Part shown: piece by piece, positions 53,813 through 61,997 of the stretch
How positions within the stretch are numbered: the first letter of the stretch is position 1
Layout: each line of letters opens with the position of its first letter
Source: a virus
Taxonomy: Duplodnaviria; Caudoviricetes
Reading direction: 5' to 3' (one strand)
DNA length: 64,000 nt
IMG/VR virus record: IMGVR_UViG_3300028831_000505
Span: 76-64,075 of that record
The notes under the pieces: model-generated
What the model was told of the DNA's origin: nothing
Databases searched by the model: none
What the model saw: the letters and a program-made list of their open reading frames with translations, nothing else
Made by a program: the position numbers and the translations under genes

Positions 53813-54565
53813 GGTGGGCTCCTGTTGCGATTTCTGAGCGCGAATTTTGTTGAGGTTGGATTCACGCAAGCGGGCTTCCATATCGGGGGGCAAGTGGATG
53901 GTGACGCCTGCGCCCGCTGCTGTGCGGCGGACCTGCTCCATCTTCGCTCGGTCAGCGCCGTAGATCACATTGATCTCGTCGCCTACTGTCTTCCAGTCGT
54001 CGAGTACCATGCCGGCCCACTTGGCGATGGGGGCGGTGTCAATGCCCTTGCTGCGGGCGTCAATCAGGGCGTCGGGGTTGGCCGGGATCGGCACGCAGCT
54101 ATATTCGAGCAGCTCCTGTTTGAGGAAGCGGTAGCCGGTGATGTTCTTGTCGTCGTCTTCAATGTACTCCCACTTGATGGGAATGAAGCCGACGCTCACA
54201 GCGCGCAAATACCTGCCCACGTACATGCGGAAAATGCTGTATGCGAACGGGCTGGTGTCCCGATCCATAAACTCGCAGGTTGATTTGAGCGCAGTGTCCT
54301 TCCAGATTTTGATCGACTGGCCGACCGGGGGGATGTAGTTGTTGTGAGCGAACAGCACAACGGGGTTGCGCTTGTATTCGGCAAGCTGCCACCCGTTCAC
54401 CTGAACAGAGTCCCCGTATCGGTCCTCACGGTCGGTGCTGATGGTGAAATCAATGAGACGCTTCTCTTCGTCGATGGACCGGATGTCGTCGCAGACGTAC
54501 TGGCGCCGCTGGAGCACCCCTTCTGCAATGGCAGGATGCCCGGCCTTGAGAGCGTATTTAAGCAT
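52937..54565 (-). CDS. HK97-family prohead protease with C-terminal scaffold-like extension
   Basis: DRYGD, NPVVLFAHN, PVG, AVSVGF, ELLEYSCVPIPANPDA. Confidence 0.92.
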   Translation of the reverse strand: MLKYALKAGHPAIAEGVLQRRQYVCDDIRSIDEEKRLIDFTISTDREDRYGDSVQVNGWQLAEYKRNPVVLFAHNNYIPPVGQSIKIWKDTALKSTCEFMDRDTSPFAYSIFRMYVGRYLRAVSVGFIPIKWEYIEDDDKNITGYRFLKQELLEYSCVPIPANPDALIDARSKGIDTAPIAKWAGMVLDDWKTVGDEINVIYGADRAKMEQVRRTAAGAGVTIHLPPDMEARLRESNLNKIRAQKSQQEPTMANPKTAADFKALLDGLPVTKAPEHKDAEELIVANEGGKIILGKDLPKKTLITTEALTDRDGALGNKVIDVDVTETGEGKDKMATTTLTVKGANLTAVYKVLSHDPERKALVAELQSSKAVETKTPSAPAPKDPKDETDKGTRATPAGSSVDIFIVHTNKDGGAEELRVDGKVVDTKAITERKATDLEVVGVLETVLNGLEAVLDKGALKAGGDKQLARRLKFNAGFMRDLADLIDPAGKVSRAAGTTLDITVPTEAGDVDTFIKSFLEGLGPKIDELVKTALDRQRGKLD

Positions 54566-54599
54566 GTAGGAACCCCTGACCCATGATCAGCGGCAAAAG

Positions 54600-54633
54600 G
54601 AAATACCTTCTTCGAGCAAAATGTCAACAAGGA
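54600..54633 (-). promoter_or_regulatory. candidate promoter for the head operon
   Basis: On the - strand TCCTTGTTGACA-16 nt-TATTTC; TCCTTGTTGA also occurs upstream of the gene starting at 31781. Confidence 0.4.
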
Positions 54634-54641
54634 TCACAAGG

Positions 54642-55202
54642 ATGGATGAAAAGTTGGACCTTCCCACCCGCATTCGAATCCTTCTTGCTCAAGGACCAGC
54701 CAAAGACGACTGGACTTCCCAGCTTGAGGAGATCTTTGGATGCGCCAAGGGTTTCCTTGCAGACCCCAAACTGTCTGAGGTTGAGGTCTTCCAAAACCTC
54801 AGCAGGCCAGAGTGGGGGCAATTCACCGTCAGCCAAAACGACGAGGGGCTAACAGCCACGTGGCTCCGCACTGACGGCGGGCCGCCTGTTGCTGTGCAGT
54901 ACCTACGCGAGACTAGCCGGGACGGCGCCGTGTTCGTTGTTCTACAGGCCCTATTGGCTCACGCTTTACAGGAGCAGGGTCTGGGAACTTACGTCGATGT
55001 GAGGACGCCGAACTGGCGACGGGCAAGGGTCGTGGTTAACGGCAAAGAAATGGAGGGGGTTGTGCGGGCGTGCGCGGTGACTGGATTTTGCGAAGTTATA
55101 ACACCGAAGTCGAAGGTTGGACCCGACAACAGGCTGGCCACACAAAAACTACGGGGCTTGGTGACCATCACCTTCGATAAGGTCGACAGGACCTTCTTCT
55201 GA
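54642..55202 (+). CDS. hypothetical protein
   Basis: 186-aa ORF divergent from the protease gene, AAGG RBS. Confidence 0.55.
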   Translation: MDEKLDLPTRIRILLAQGPAKDDWTSQLEEIFGCAKGFLADPKLSEVEVFQNLSRPEWGQFTVSQNDEGLTATWLRTDGGPPVAVQYLRETSRDGAVFVVLQALLAHALQEQGLGTYVDVRTPNWRRARVVVNGKEMEGVVRACAVTGFCEVITPKSKVGPDNRLATQKLRGLVTITFDKVDRTFF

Positions 55203-55712
55203 AAGCCACTCGGCCGTTGGTAGGCCGAACGTTTCGGCCGTCCATCCGGAGAACGACCTGAGGCATTTGGCAAGCTCAGCGGCTTGGTCGTTCCACGCCT
55301 TCCTATAATGCTGTGAAGCCGTCCATGGAACCCCACGCACAAAGTGCCCGCCGTCAGTAGTCATCGGGATGCCACAGGCGACAATCCTCGTTGCCTTAGC
55401 CCTGAACCGCGCCACGTTGACGGCGAGCAGCCCCGAGGAGCCGCCCGTATGTGGAATCTGTTTGAAGGGCAGATTGAAATGGCGCTTCCGGTGGGCGGCT
55501 GTCCATAACACAGGGTCATGGTAGTCGTTCTTGCGCCGTGCTTCCAGCCATCGGTTCATCTTCTCAGGGTGCATGGTGCACCAGTGGTCAACCGCGGGCA
55601 GATTGATTGCAATATCGTTTGCGGCCACCACCACATCGGGTTTGAATAGCTTGGTGGCCAGCTCTATTTCTTTCCAGACACACTCAGCACCGCCAATCAC
55701 CAGTGCTTTCAT
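55149..55712 (-). CDS. putative glycosyltransferase (Maf/DUF115 or sialyltransferase-like Rossmann fold)
   Basis: ALVIGG...VVAAND...HWCTMHP...GGSSGLLAV...IVACGIPM. Confidence 0.55.
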   Translation of the reverse strand: MKALVIGGAECVWKEIELATKLFKPDVVVAANDIAINLPAVDHWCTMHPEKMNRWLEARRKNDYHDPVLWTAAHRKRHFNLPFKQIPHTGGSSGLLAVNVARFRAKATRIVACGIPMTTDGGHFVRGVPWTASQHYRKAWNDQAAELAKCLRSFSGWTAETFGLPTAEWLSEEGPVDLIEGDGHQAP

Positions 55713-56416
55713 CGCCAATTCTCCTTAACCCATGGATAGTTATCCGCCACCCCAGGCGTCCACGGATCAAACTTGCCGTGAAAGAACACAGCGCGGGCAT
55801 TTGAAGGCAAGGCTGTCCGACCAAGGCGAATAAAATAGTTACGGAAGCTGTAGATTCCGTCAGCCTCGCCCCACGTGGCCTCCTTTGGGCCAAGGACATG
55901 GCTGATCCACGCCTGATCCGAACCAACTATCCCGGCCAAGGCCGTTATGCCGGGGGACTGCCTTGGGTCGAACTCGTCCCACACCCGTTGCCGGGCGCCC
56001 GGGGTGAGCAACATCATGGAGCCGTTGTAGAAGGTATTCTTGGCCGTGTCGCCCCAAGCAATGAAGTCTTCCTTGCGTGAAGCCAACGGGGTCATATCCT
56101 TCACAATGACCGAGTCGAGGTCCAGTGACAGAATGCGGTTGCCAAAGATAGGAATGACCTCGGACGAGAACATGCGCAGGCGCCGGTAGCAGTTGGGTTT
56201 GTTGTTTGGGCGGGAGAGCGGGGCAATCTCGTCCCACAGCGGTACTACCTCAACCCGGGGATCAATCCCTACAGGGTCATCGGTGGCGCAGATGAAGCGG
56301 TGTGGCATGTGGAGGTGTCGTTCGACCATGTTCCGCAGCACATTCACATGCCGCGCCGTGAACACCGACCGGTAACCGGGCTTGGCCTGCCACTTCCACG
56401 TAACTACGGACAGCAT
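55709..56416 (-). CDS. GT-A (GT8-like) glycosyltransferase
   Basis: HRFICATDDP, DxD motif SLDLDSVI, YNGSMM, GSDQAWI, VFFHGKFDPW. Confidence 0.82.
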   Translation of the reverse strand: MLSVVTWKWQAKPGYRSVFTARHVNVLRNMVERHLHMPHRFICATDDPVGIDPRVEVVPLWDEIAPLSRPNNKPNCYRRLRMFSSEVIPIFGNRILSLDLDSVIVKDMTPLASRKEDFIAWGDTAKNTFYNGSMMLLTPGARQRVWDEFDPRQSPGITALAGIVGSDQAWISHVLGPKEATWGEADGIYSFRNYFIRLGRTALPSNARAVFFHGKFDPWTPGVADNYPWVKENWR

Positions 56417-57306
56417 TGAGGCTCTCCAAAACTTCCCGCAAGGATCTCGTCCATCAGGACGTCAAAGATGAAGGCTCCATTTCTGCCAGCCGGCAGAAAA
56501 CGGCAGCCATAATAAGCGGGCAGCGTCCAGCCAACGGTAGTCTCAAGCAGGCGCCACGGTCCGCCCTCCCCGTCACGCACAAGGTCAATGCCGGCCCAGG
56601 TCAAATTGTGCTCCACAGCTATCTGTTCGCCAAATGCAAGGGCGCTCAGCGCCTCTTCCTCTGGAAGGACAATTGGCAAGGTCAGGCCTGACCCCGACGC
56701 CATGGGTCGATCCGGCCGGTTGCCACGGCGCATCATGAGGCGTCCGGTTTTGCCAATGAACAGAATCCTAAAGTCGTTGTCGTTTCCAGGACAGAACTTT
56801 TGCCAGATCAAATAGTCCTTCTGCCTGAGGCCATACTGACCCTTGATGCCGCCCTTATGGAACACATTGTGGGCTTCGCCAGCCGCCTCACGTGCCGTTT
56901 TGATCAGCCGCACATTGCGTGAGCCAGAACCAATCGAGGTTTTGGATATGAATGGGTACTGAGCCGTTTTGGCGTGGGCCATGGCGTCATCGTAGTTCTC
57001 AAACACTCTTGTCTCGGGCATCCACCGCTTAAAAACCTTTGCCTGACGAAGTTTGTCATCGTAAAGGCGTGCCGAAGCGGCGTCCGGGATCACCACAAAC
57101 TCCGGGCGCGCGGCGAATCTAGCCACAAGATCCTTATCCTTCCTGCGGCGGCCGGGGCTATTGTGCATATGGATAAAAATGTACCCACTTTCCCCTTCAA
57201 GTGGGTCGTCCCTTTTGAAAAGCTTGGCATTCCACCCACGTTGACAAGCCAGGGTATAGAGCAGCAGGCCCCAACCACTCTCGTCGTTGTAGACAAACAG
57301 CCTCAT
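56404..57306 (-). CDS. RimK-like ATP-grasp ligase
   Basis: DDKLRQ, MPETRV, YPFISKTSIGSGSRNV, IWQKF, DFRI, AGIDLV, LLE. Confidence 0.85.
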   Translation of the reverse strand: MRLFVYNDESGWGLLLYTLACQRGWNAKLFKRDDPLEGESGYIFIHMHNSPGRRRKDKDLVARFAARPEFVVIPDAASARLYDDKLRQAKVFKRWMPETRVFENYDDAMAHAKTAQYPFISKTSIGSGSRNVRLIKTAREAAGEAHNVFHKGGIKGQYGLRQKDYLIWQKFCPGNDNDFRILFIGKTGRLMMRRGNRPDRPMASGSGLTLPIVLPEEEALSALAFGEQIAVEHNLTWAGIDLVRDGEGGPWRLLETTVGWTLPAYYGCRFLPAGRNGAFIFDVLMDEILAGSFGEPQCCP

Positions 57307-58028
57307 GCCTGCGCAGCCCAGTCGATCTCGCTCCACGGGAAGGTAAGGTTATGAGGAGTGGGGTCTTTCGCGATGAGAGCACGTGCTTTTTGCACCCCCT
57401 CGCGGTCCATCTGCTGCTTGCGCAAGTAATTTGTTGTGGAAGCGTCAGGTACGACTTCGCGACCAACGCGAATGACCGGGTAGCGGAGCATGATGGGCTC
57501 ACCCGTTCCACGGACCACACGGTCACGAAATTCCCCATCTGAGCCATAAAATCCTGAGAATCGCTCATCGTAACCCCCGATTCGCTGGAAAACGGCCCTT
57601 TCCATGAGCCAAGTGTTGGGATGAGGCTTGTAACTATGCATCTCTGGGGCCGAGACGCGTTGGAATCGGAAGGCTCGACCAGCCTCCAGCTCGTGAGAAA
57701 GCACCGCTTGAGCCGTGCGTTCTGGCACCAAATGATCAATATCGGTCATCAGAATCCAGTCAGTTCGGGCCTTTTCAGCCCCTAGATTCCGGCAAAACAG
57801 CCAATTCCAGCGCACATCCACGCCACATCTGAACAGCCGTAAGCTGCCAAAGCCTGGATTGCTGGTAATTCTGGCTATCTGATCGGGGGAACCGTCATCG
57901 ACCACGATGAGGTCCCAGCAACCCAGCAGCCCCGGCCCCCACGCCCGCATATGGTCAAGCTGCGCGGTGAGCATTCCAGGATTTCGATAGTACGGGAGGA
58001 TCAAGGTAACCCGGCGACGCGCTTCCAT
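57303..58028 (-). CDS. GT2-family glycosyltransferase (GT7C-like C-terminus)
   Basis: VVDDGS, RNLGA, TDIDH, IGGYDERFSGFYGSD. Confidence 0.88.
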   Translation of the reverse strand: MEARRRVTLILPYYRNPGMLTAQLDHMRAWGPGLLGCWDLIVVDDGSPDQIARITSNPGFGSLRLFRCGVDVRWNWLFCRNLGAEKARTDWILMTDIDHLVPERTAQAVLSHELEAGRAFRFQRVSAPEMHSYKPHPNTWLMERAVFQRIGGYDERFSGFYGSDGEFRDRVVRGTGEPIMLRYPVIRVGREVVPDASTTNYLRKQQMDREGVQKARALIAKDPTPHNLTFPWSEIDWAAQA

Positions 58029-58037
58029 GTGTCCTGC

Positions 58038-58697
58038 CTAAACCTGTTCCCCGTCCCTTCGACGAAGAAACATGCCCATATGCCCTAGATCTATGGCATG
58101 CACCCCCGCCCGCGCAAGTTCCCAAGCCAAAACCGTGGCGGTAGCCCCGAGACACAGTATGACCCGCCGTTTCTCGGGGCGCAGGCGCGCGACCAGCGCG
58201 TTATACTCAACATAGGCGTGTCTGACCGGGGCAATGACCTCTTCAACGCTGGCGGCGCCCGGCATGCGTTCAGGCAACAACGATTTGCCGCCCCCGCGCA
58301 CCAGCACCACGTCAAGGCCGCGCCAGAGGCTGCGCACCTTCTCCCAATAGGGCGGGGTATCAATCCACGGGGCTGAGTCCGGCCGGCTCACAAATGACGA
58401 CCCGTAGATCCACGTCGGGTCGTAGAGGTTCGTGTATTTTGGTGCCGCGTATTGCCCCCAGAACACGTGCTTGGGCGTTGTGCTCATGACGTTGGGGATG
58501 CAAACCAGACATTCCTTGGACCTCGATTTGAGGATAACACGCAGCTTCTCGCAAAGCTCAGGGTGAAAGTCCTGTGACTTGGCCGAGTGCCCCAACGCAA
58601 GCTTTAGTTCTCCATCGCCGTAGCGCGACATCGACTGCCCAGCCAGCACCATATCCAGCGTTTGCCTCTCGTCGATAACGTTGGGGTAAGCTGGCAT
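58038..58697 (-). CDS. GT-D fold glycosyltransferase (DUF1792)
   Basis: SMSRYGDGE, FVSRP, W....VVLV.G, LCLGATATVLA..L...G..AIDLGH. Confidence 0.88.
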   Translation of the reverse strand: MPAYPNVIDERQTLDMVLAGQSMSRYGDGELKLALGHSAKSQDFHPELCEKLRVILKSRSKECLVCIPNVMSTTPKHVFWGQYAAPKYTNLYDPTWIYGSSFVSRPDSAPWIDTPPYWEKVRSLWRGLDVVLVRGGGKSLLPERMPGAASVEEVIAPVRHAYVEYNALVARLRPEKRRVILCLGATATVLAWELARAGVHAIDLGHMGMFLRRRDGEQV

Positions 58698-58751
58698 GAT
58701 TTCCTGCCCTTGCTGCGTATAGCTTGGCTGACACTACAGCGGGGCTTTGCA

Positions 58752-59057
58752 ATGAGCAATCCAGATAGAACTGTGCTGGTCTCCGGAATGAGACTGCGGT
58801 CAGGCAAGACCATCGATGTGCTGGCCCCCAATACCGGGGATTGGATGGATTATATCCTGGTCGTGATAGAAAAGCCGGCACTGCAAATTATGGAATTCTT
58901 TGTGCCCATCTGCACAAGCCTCACCTATCAGGAGTTCAGATCGCTTCCAATTGAGGAAGGGGCAGCCATTCTCGAACCCATCACAAAAGAGATTAATTCA
59001 GCAAGTCCATTCCTCCTGGCGGCGCTAAAGACCACGTCAGAACGGAAACCGCAATGA
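58752..59057 (+). CDS. hypothetical protein
   Basis: Divergent from the GT operon; ATGA overlap with the next gene. Confidence 0.5.
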   Translation: MSNPDRTVLVSGMRLRSGKTIDVLAPNTGDWMDYILVVIEKPALQIMEFFVPICTSLTYQEFRSLPIEEGAAILEPITKEINSASPFLLAALKTTSERKPQ

Positions 59058-59542
59058 TCCTCGCGGTCACAGGTCACCGGCCGGACAAGCTGCTCGGCTA
59101 CGGCAAGGCCGCGCGTGACGCGCTTGAGGCCTTCGCCATAACCGAACTGCAACGATTGAAGCCATCCCAAGTTATCACCGGCATGGCGCTGGGCTGGGAC
59201 ACGGCCATTGCCGAAGCAGCGGCAAAGCTGTCCATCCCCTTCATTGCCGCCGTCCCTTTTGTTGGCCAGGAGAGGACGTGGCCGGCTGAGGCAAAGGCCC
59301 AATACCGGGGACTGCTTAGGGAGGCCAAAGAGGTCCACGTTGTCTGCCCCGGGGGTTACAGTGCATCGAAGATGCAAATGCGCAATGAGTGGATGGTCGG
59401 GCGCTGCGCCAAGCTGCTCGCCTTATGGAACGGCTCGCCCGGGGGCACCTCCAATTGCATTGCTTATGCCGAATCGTTACGGTGCTCCGTCGAAAACTGC
59501 TGGGACCGATTTCAAAGCAGATGCGAAAGCGCTGGGTCATAA
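59054..59542 (+). CDS. YspA/SLOG family (DUF1273-like) protein
   Basis: AVTGHRP, TGMALGWD, VPF..Q, RNEWMV, WNGSPGGT. Confidence 0.88.
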   Translation: MILAVTGHRPDKLLGYGKAARDALEAFAITELQRLKPSQVITGMALGWDTAIAEAAAKLSIPFIAAVPFVGQERTWPAEAKAQYRGLLREAKEVHVVCPGGYSASKMQMRNEWMVGRCAKLLALWNGSPGGTSNCIAYAESLRCSVENCWDRFQSRCESAGS

Positions 59543-59865
59543 GCCACCCCGAGTACGGGGTGTTGGTTGCCATACAGGATCAAGGTGTGGGGGAGGACGG
59601 CCGTCCCAAGCACCTGACGTTCTGGTCGCATCTTGGTTGCGACGGCTGGGGCAGCGTCATTACCTTCCCAACTGAACACGAGGCGAAAGAGGTCCTGGGC
59701 GTGTGGGCGGGGTATGTAGCGCAGCAATGCAATCTCGTCTTCGTGCGCTGCTCTGGCACACGCGCACGCCCTGAGGAGCTTACTGAGGCCGGGCTGTTCG
59801 AAGCCGCGGCCCCGCTATTCTTTGAGCGGGCCGTGAGCGGGCCGGACGGGGTGACACTGCAATGA
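59521..59865 (+). CDS. hypothetical protein
   Basis: MRKRWVISHPEYGV...; ATGA overlap downstream. Confidence 0.5.
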   Translation: MRKRWVISHPEYGVLVAIQDQGVGEDGRPKHLTFWSHLGCDGWGSVITFPTEHEAKEVLGVWAGYVAQQCNLVFVRCSGTRARPEELTEAGLFEAAAPLFFERAVSGPDGVTLQ

Positions 59866-60068
59866 GCAGCCCGGATAGCAAGCTGACGGACGATGAGTGG
59901 GATTACCTCAATCAGCACGGGGCCATCTACCTTGAGGACCAAGACAAGAAACTGGTACGTGTGACAGTGGAGTCCACCGTACTCCTCGGTAAGCACTACA
60001 ATATGGTTATGATTGGAGAAAAGGTGGTTTGGATGAGAAAAAGCCCTAACTGGCCGGCAAAGGATTAG
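59862..60068 (+). CDS. hypothetical protein
   Basis: Coupled 68-aa ORF. Confidence 0.5.
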   Translation: MSSPDSKLTDDEWDYLNQHGAIYLEDQDKKLVRVTVESTVLLGKHYNMVMIGEKVVWMRKSPNWPAKD

Positions 60069-60072
60069 GGTT

Positions 60073-60348
60073 ATGGCAAATAAGAAGCCAACCTTTGACC
60101 AGTTTGCGGCCGAGGTCAGGGCAATGTGTTGGGACGACCTGCCGGGTTTGGATAATAGCTTCCAAATTAGCGGATACAAATGCCGTCGTCACATCACGAA
60201 TCGTCTTGGGCGTCTTTTTGAAGTTGTCCAGGCCAATCACAAAATAGTAAAAATGCGGGCGTGGCGCTGGGCGCCCCCAAGCTGCCAGTCAGGTAATTAC
60301 GACTACCTTATACTAGACGATGTATATGTTGCCGGCTTTTCCAAGTGA
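60073..60348 (+). CDS. hypothetical protein
   Basis: 91-aa ORF. Confidence 0.5.
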   Translation: MANKKPTFDQFAAEVRAMCWDDLPGLDNSFQISGYKCRRHITNRLGRLFEVVQANHKIVKMRAWRWAPPSCQSGNYDYLILDDVYVAGFSK

Positions 60349-60751
60349 GGTTCCATTTCGTTGGATCAACCTATCCATCAGACACGACATCTGGTGCTTG
60401 GTTGACGAAGACGATTACAACTGGCTCATTAAGTTCAACTGGAACTGGGCGTGGCACGATAAGACACCCTGGAAGCACTATGCCAAACTCAACGTAGGGG
60501 TTGCCCGTTCAACCATCTACCTCCACCGCTTGGTGATGATCAAACATGACCCCCGGACAGAGCTATTCCGGGCAACGCATCACGTGGACCATATCAACGG
60601 CCAAAGCCTGGACAACAGAAAGGCAAACCTGCGCTGGGTCACCCCCGGTGAAAACATAGCAAATCGCATAGCGCGCAACGCCGTGCCCTCACTGAAACAA
60701 ATAGCCCTAAGGCTACTCGCAGAGCATACCCATCATGAGATGCCATTTTAG
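60320..60751 (+). CDS. HNH endonuclease
   Basis: LVDEDDY, YLHRLVM, HVDHINGQSLDNRKANLRWVT. Confidence 0.9.
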   Translation: MYMLPAFPSEVPFRWINLSIRHDIWCLVDEDDYNWLIKFNWNWAWHDKTPWKHYAKLNVGVARSTIYLHRLVMIKHDPRTELFRATHHVDHINGQSLDNRKANLRWVTPGENIANRIARNAVPSLKQIALRLLAEHTHHEMPF

Positions 60752-60861
60752 AACCCCACGCGCGAACTTTCAAAAACGGGGCTGGAAGGACCCCAAAAGG
60801 ATCGCCGAAATTCTTGAGAGCCGTCTCATCGGTGTTGAAAGAAAAAGGATGACGTGGGCGC

Positions 60862-61254
60862 TTGCCCCCAACCTTGAGCACATTTGCAAACCAATTGCTT
60901 TGGGAAGCCTTTTCCATCTACGAATCCTTTACCTTTAAGTTTGGAAGAACCAAAATATACTACTGCCTCGGCCTCCTGTTTGGGGAACTGCATGAAGCAT
61001 ACATCGCTGAGGGCAGAATACTCAGGCTGAGAAAGTGGTGGCGGCCCGGCATGAAACTCCTTGTAACTGTAGCGGTAACGGAAACAATGGCGGGCAGATT
61101 GGGCCGGTCAATGAATATCCCGCTGGACGTAAAGGCAATCTCCCCGGCCGTGATTTATGAATTATTCCTTCCATTTGATCCAAACGATCCCGTAGGGCAG
61201 ACCCTGCGGACAAAGTGCCGAATCACAAATAAACTGAGGCCGTTTAACGTATAG
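60862..61254 (+). CDS. hypothetical protein (start uncertain)
   Basis: 130-aa AT-rich ORF. Confidence 0.3.
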   Translation: MPPTLSTFANQLLWEAFSIYESFTFKFGRTKIYYCLGLLFGELHEAYIAEGRILRLRKWWRPGMKLLVTVAVTETMAGRLGRSMNIPLDVKAISPAVIYELFLPFDPNDPVGQTLRTKCRITNKLRPFNV

Positions 61255-61274
61255 TTTGAGTGGAGGGTGTGCCC

Positions 61275-61496
61275 ATGCCCGATATCATCTTAGGCTTGGC
61301 TGTTTACTATTGGCTCGGCGCTACCTGGATAGCATCAGGTTGCCTGCCCCAACCATGGGGGTGGCTGACTTTTCCCGACAAGAGCCTATGGCGCCCACTA
61401 GCTTGGATTGTACTCTACGGGGCCATTTGGCCCCTCATCCTTTGCAAGATTGTGAAGGTCCTCGTTTGGGACGGAAAGAGGGAGATCCACTTCTGA
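61275..61496 (+). CDS. small membrane protein
   Basis: GGAGG RBS; two hydrophobic segments. Confidence 0.5.
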   Translation: MPDIILGLAVYYWLGATWIASGCLPQPWGWLTFPDKSLWRPLAWIVLYGAIWPLILCKIVKVLVWDGKREIHF

Positions 61497-61897
61497 TGAT
61501 CCGGCGCGGCCAACCCCCATATCTGGAATGCAGCTCGCGAGGCGCCAAGGAGTTTAGCGCCTTCTATGCGCGCATCAGGGCACGGGGCAACCGCAGCATT
61601 GAGCAAATCTATCAGGCGGCGAAAATCTTCGACAATGCTGAGACCGGCCTGACGTGGCGCCAAGCCAAAGGGCGCAAGCCGGTCAATGTGGCGGAGTGCC
61701 GAATGTTGTATTCCGAGTTGTGGGACGAGTATATTGCCGAAAACCCACACCTGCTTGTAAAGCTCAAATCCGCATCCGGGCTATCTGATATGTTTGGTCA
61801 GGAAGGCCACGCCTGCCAAGCCGTTGAACTGTGGCGCATCAGGAATAAGGGATCAAGGTCCTATGACGACAGAATCCGGCCGAGCGCCGAGCGCTAA
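61496..61897 (+). CDS. NADAR-like protein (DarT1-associated antitoxin-type family)
   Basis: LECSSRG..EFSAFYA...SIEQIYQAAKIF...LSDMFG...CQA. Confidence 0.6.
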   Translation: MIRRGQPPYLECSSRGAKEFSAFYARIRARGNRSIEQIYQAAKIFDNAETGLTWRQAKGRKPVNVAECRMLYSELWDEYIAENPHLLVKLKSASGLSDMFGQEGHACQAVELWRIRNKGSRSYDDRIRPSAER

Positions 61898-61997
61898 CCC
61901 CGCAATCTCCAACCGACCCAAAAAGGCAAAAAGGTGCCGCGCATCGGTAAGGAAGAGCAAGAATGAGACCCGTCAGGGAGTATCAGGGAGTACAGGA

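Noticed and set aside
50942-54283. 1113-aa ORF on the + strand
   Set aside because: It is the antisense shadow of the high-GC3 protease, MCP and decoration genes, has no recognisable motifs, and its composition is typical of reverse-complement frames
55149-58697. Serotype-conversion (GtrABC) locus
   Set aside because: No flippase or multi-TM glucosyltransferase; all five proteins look soluble
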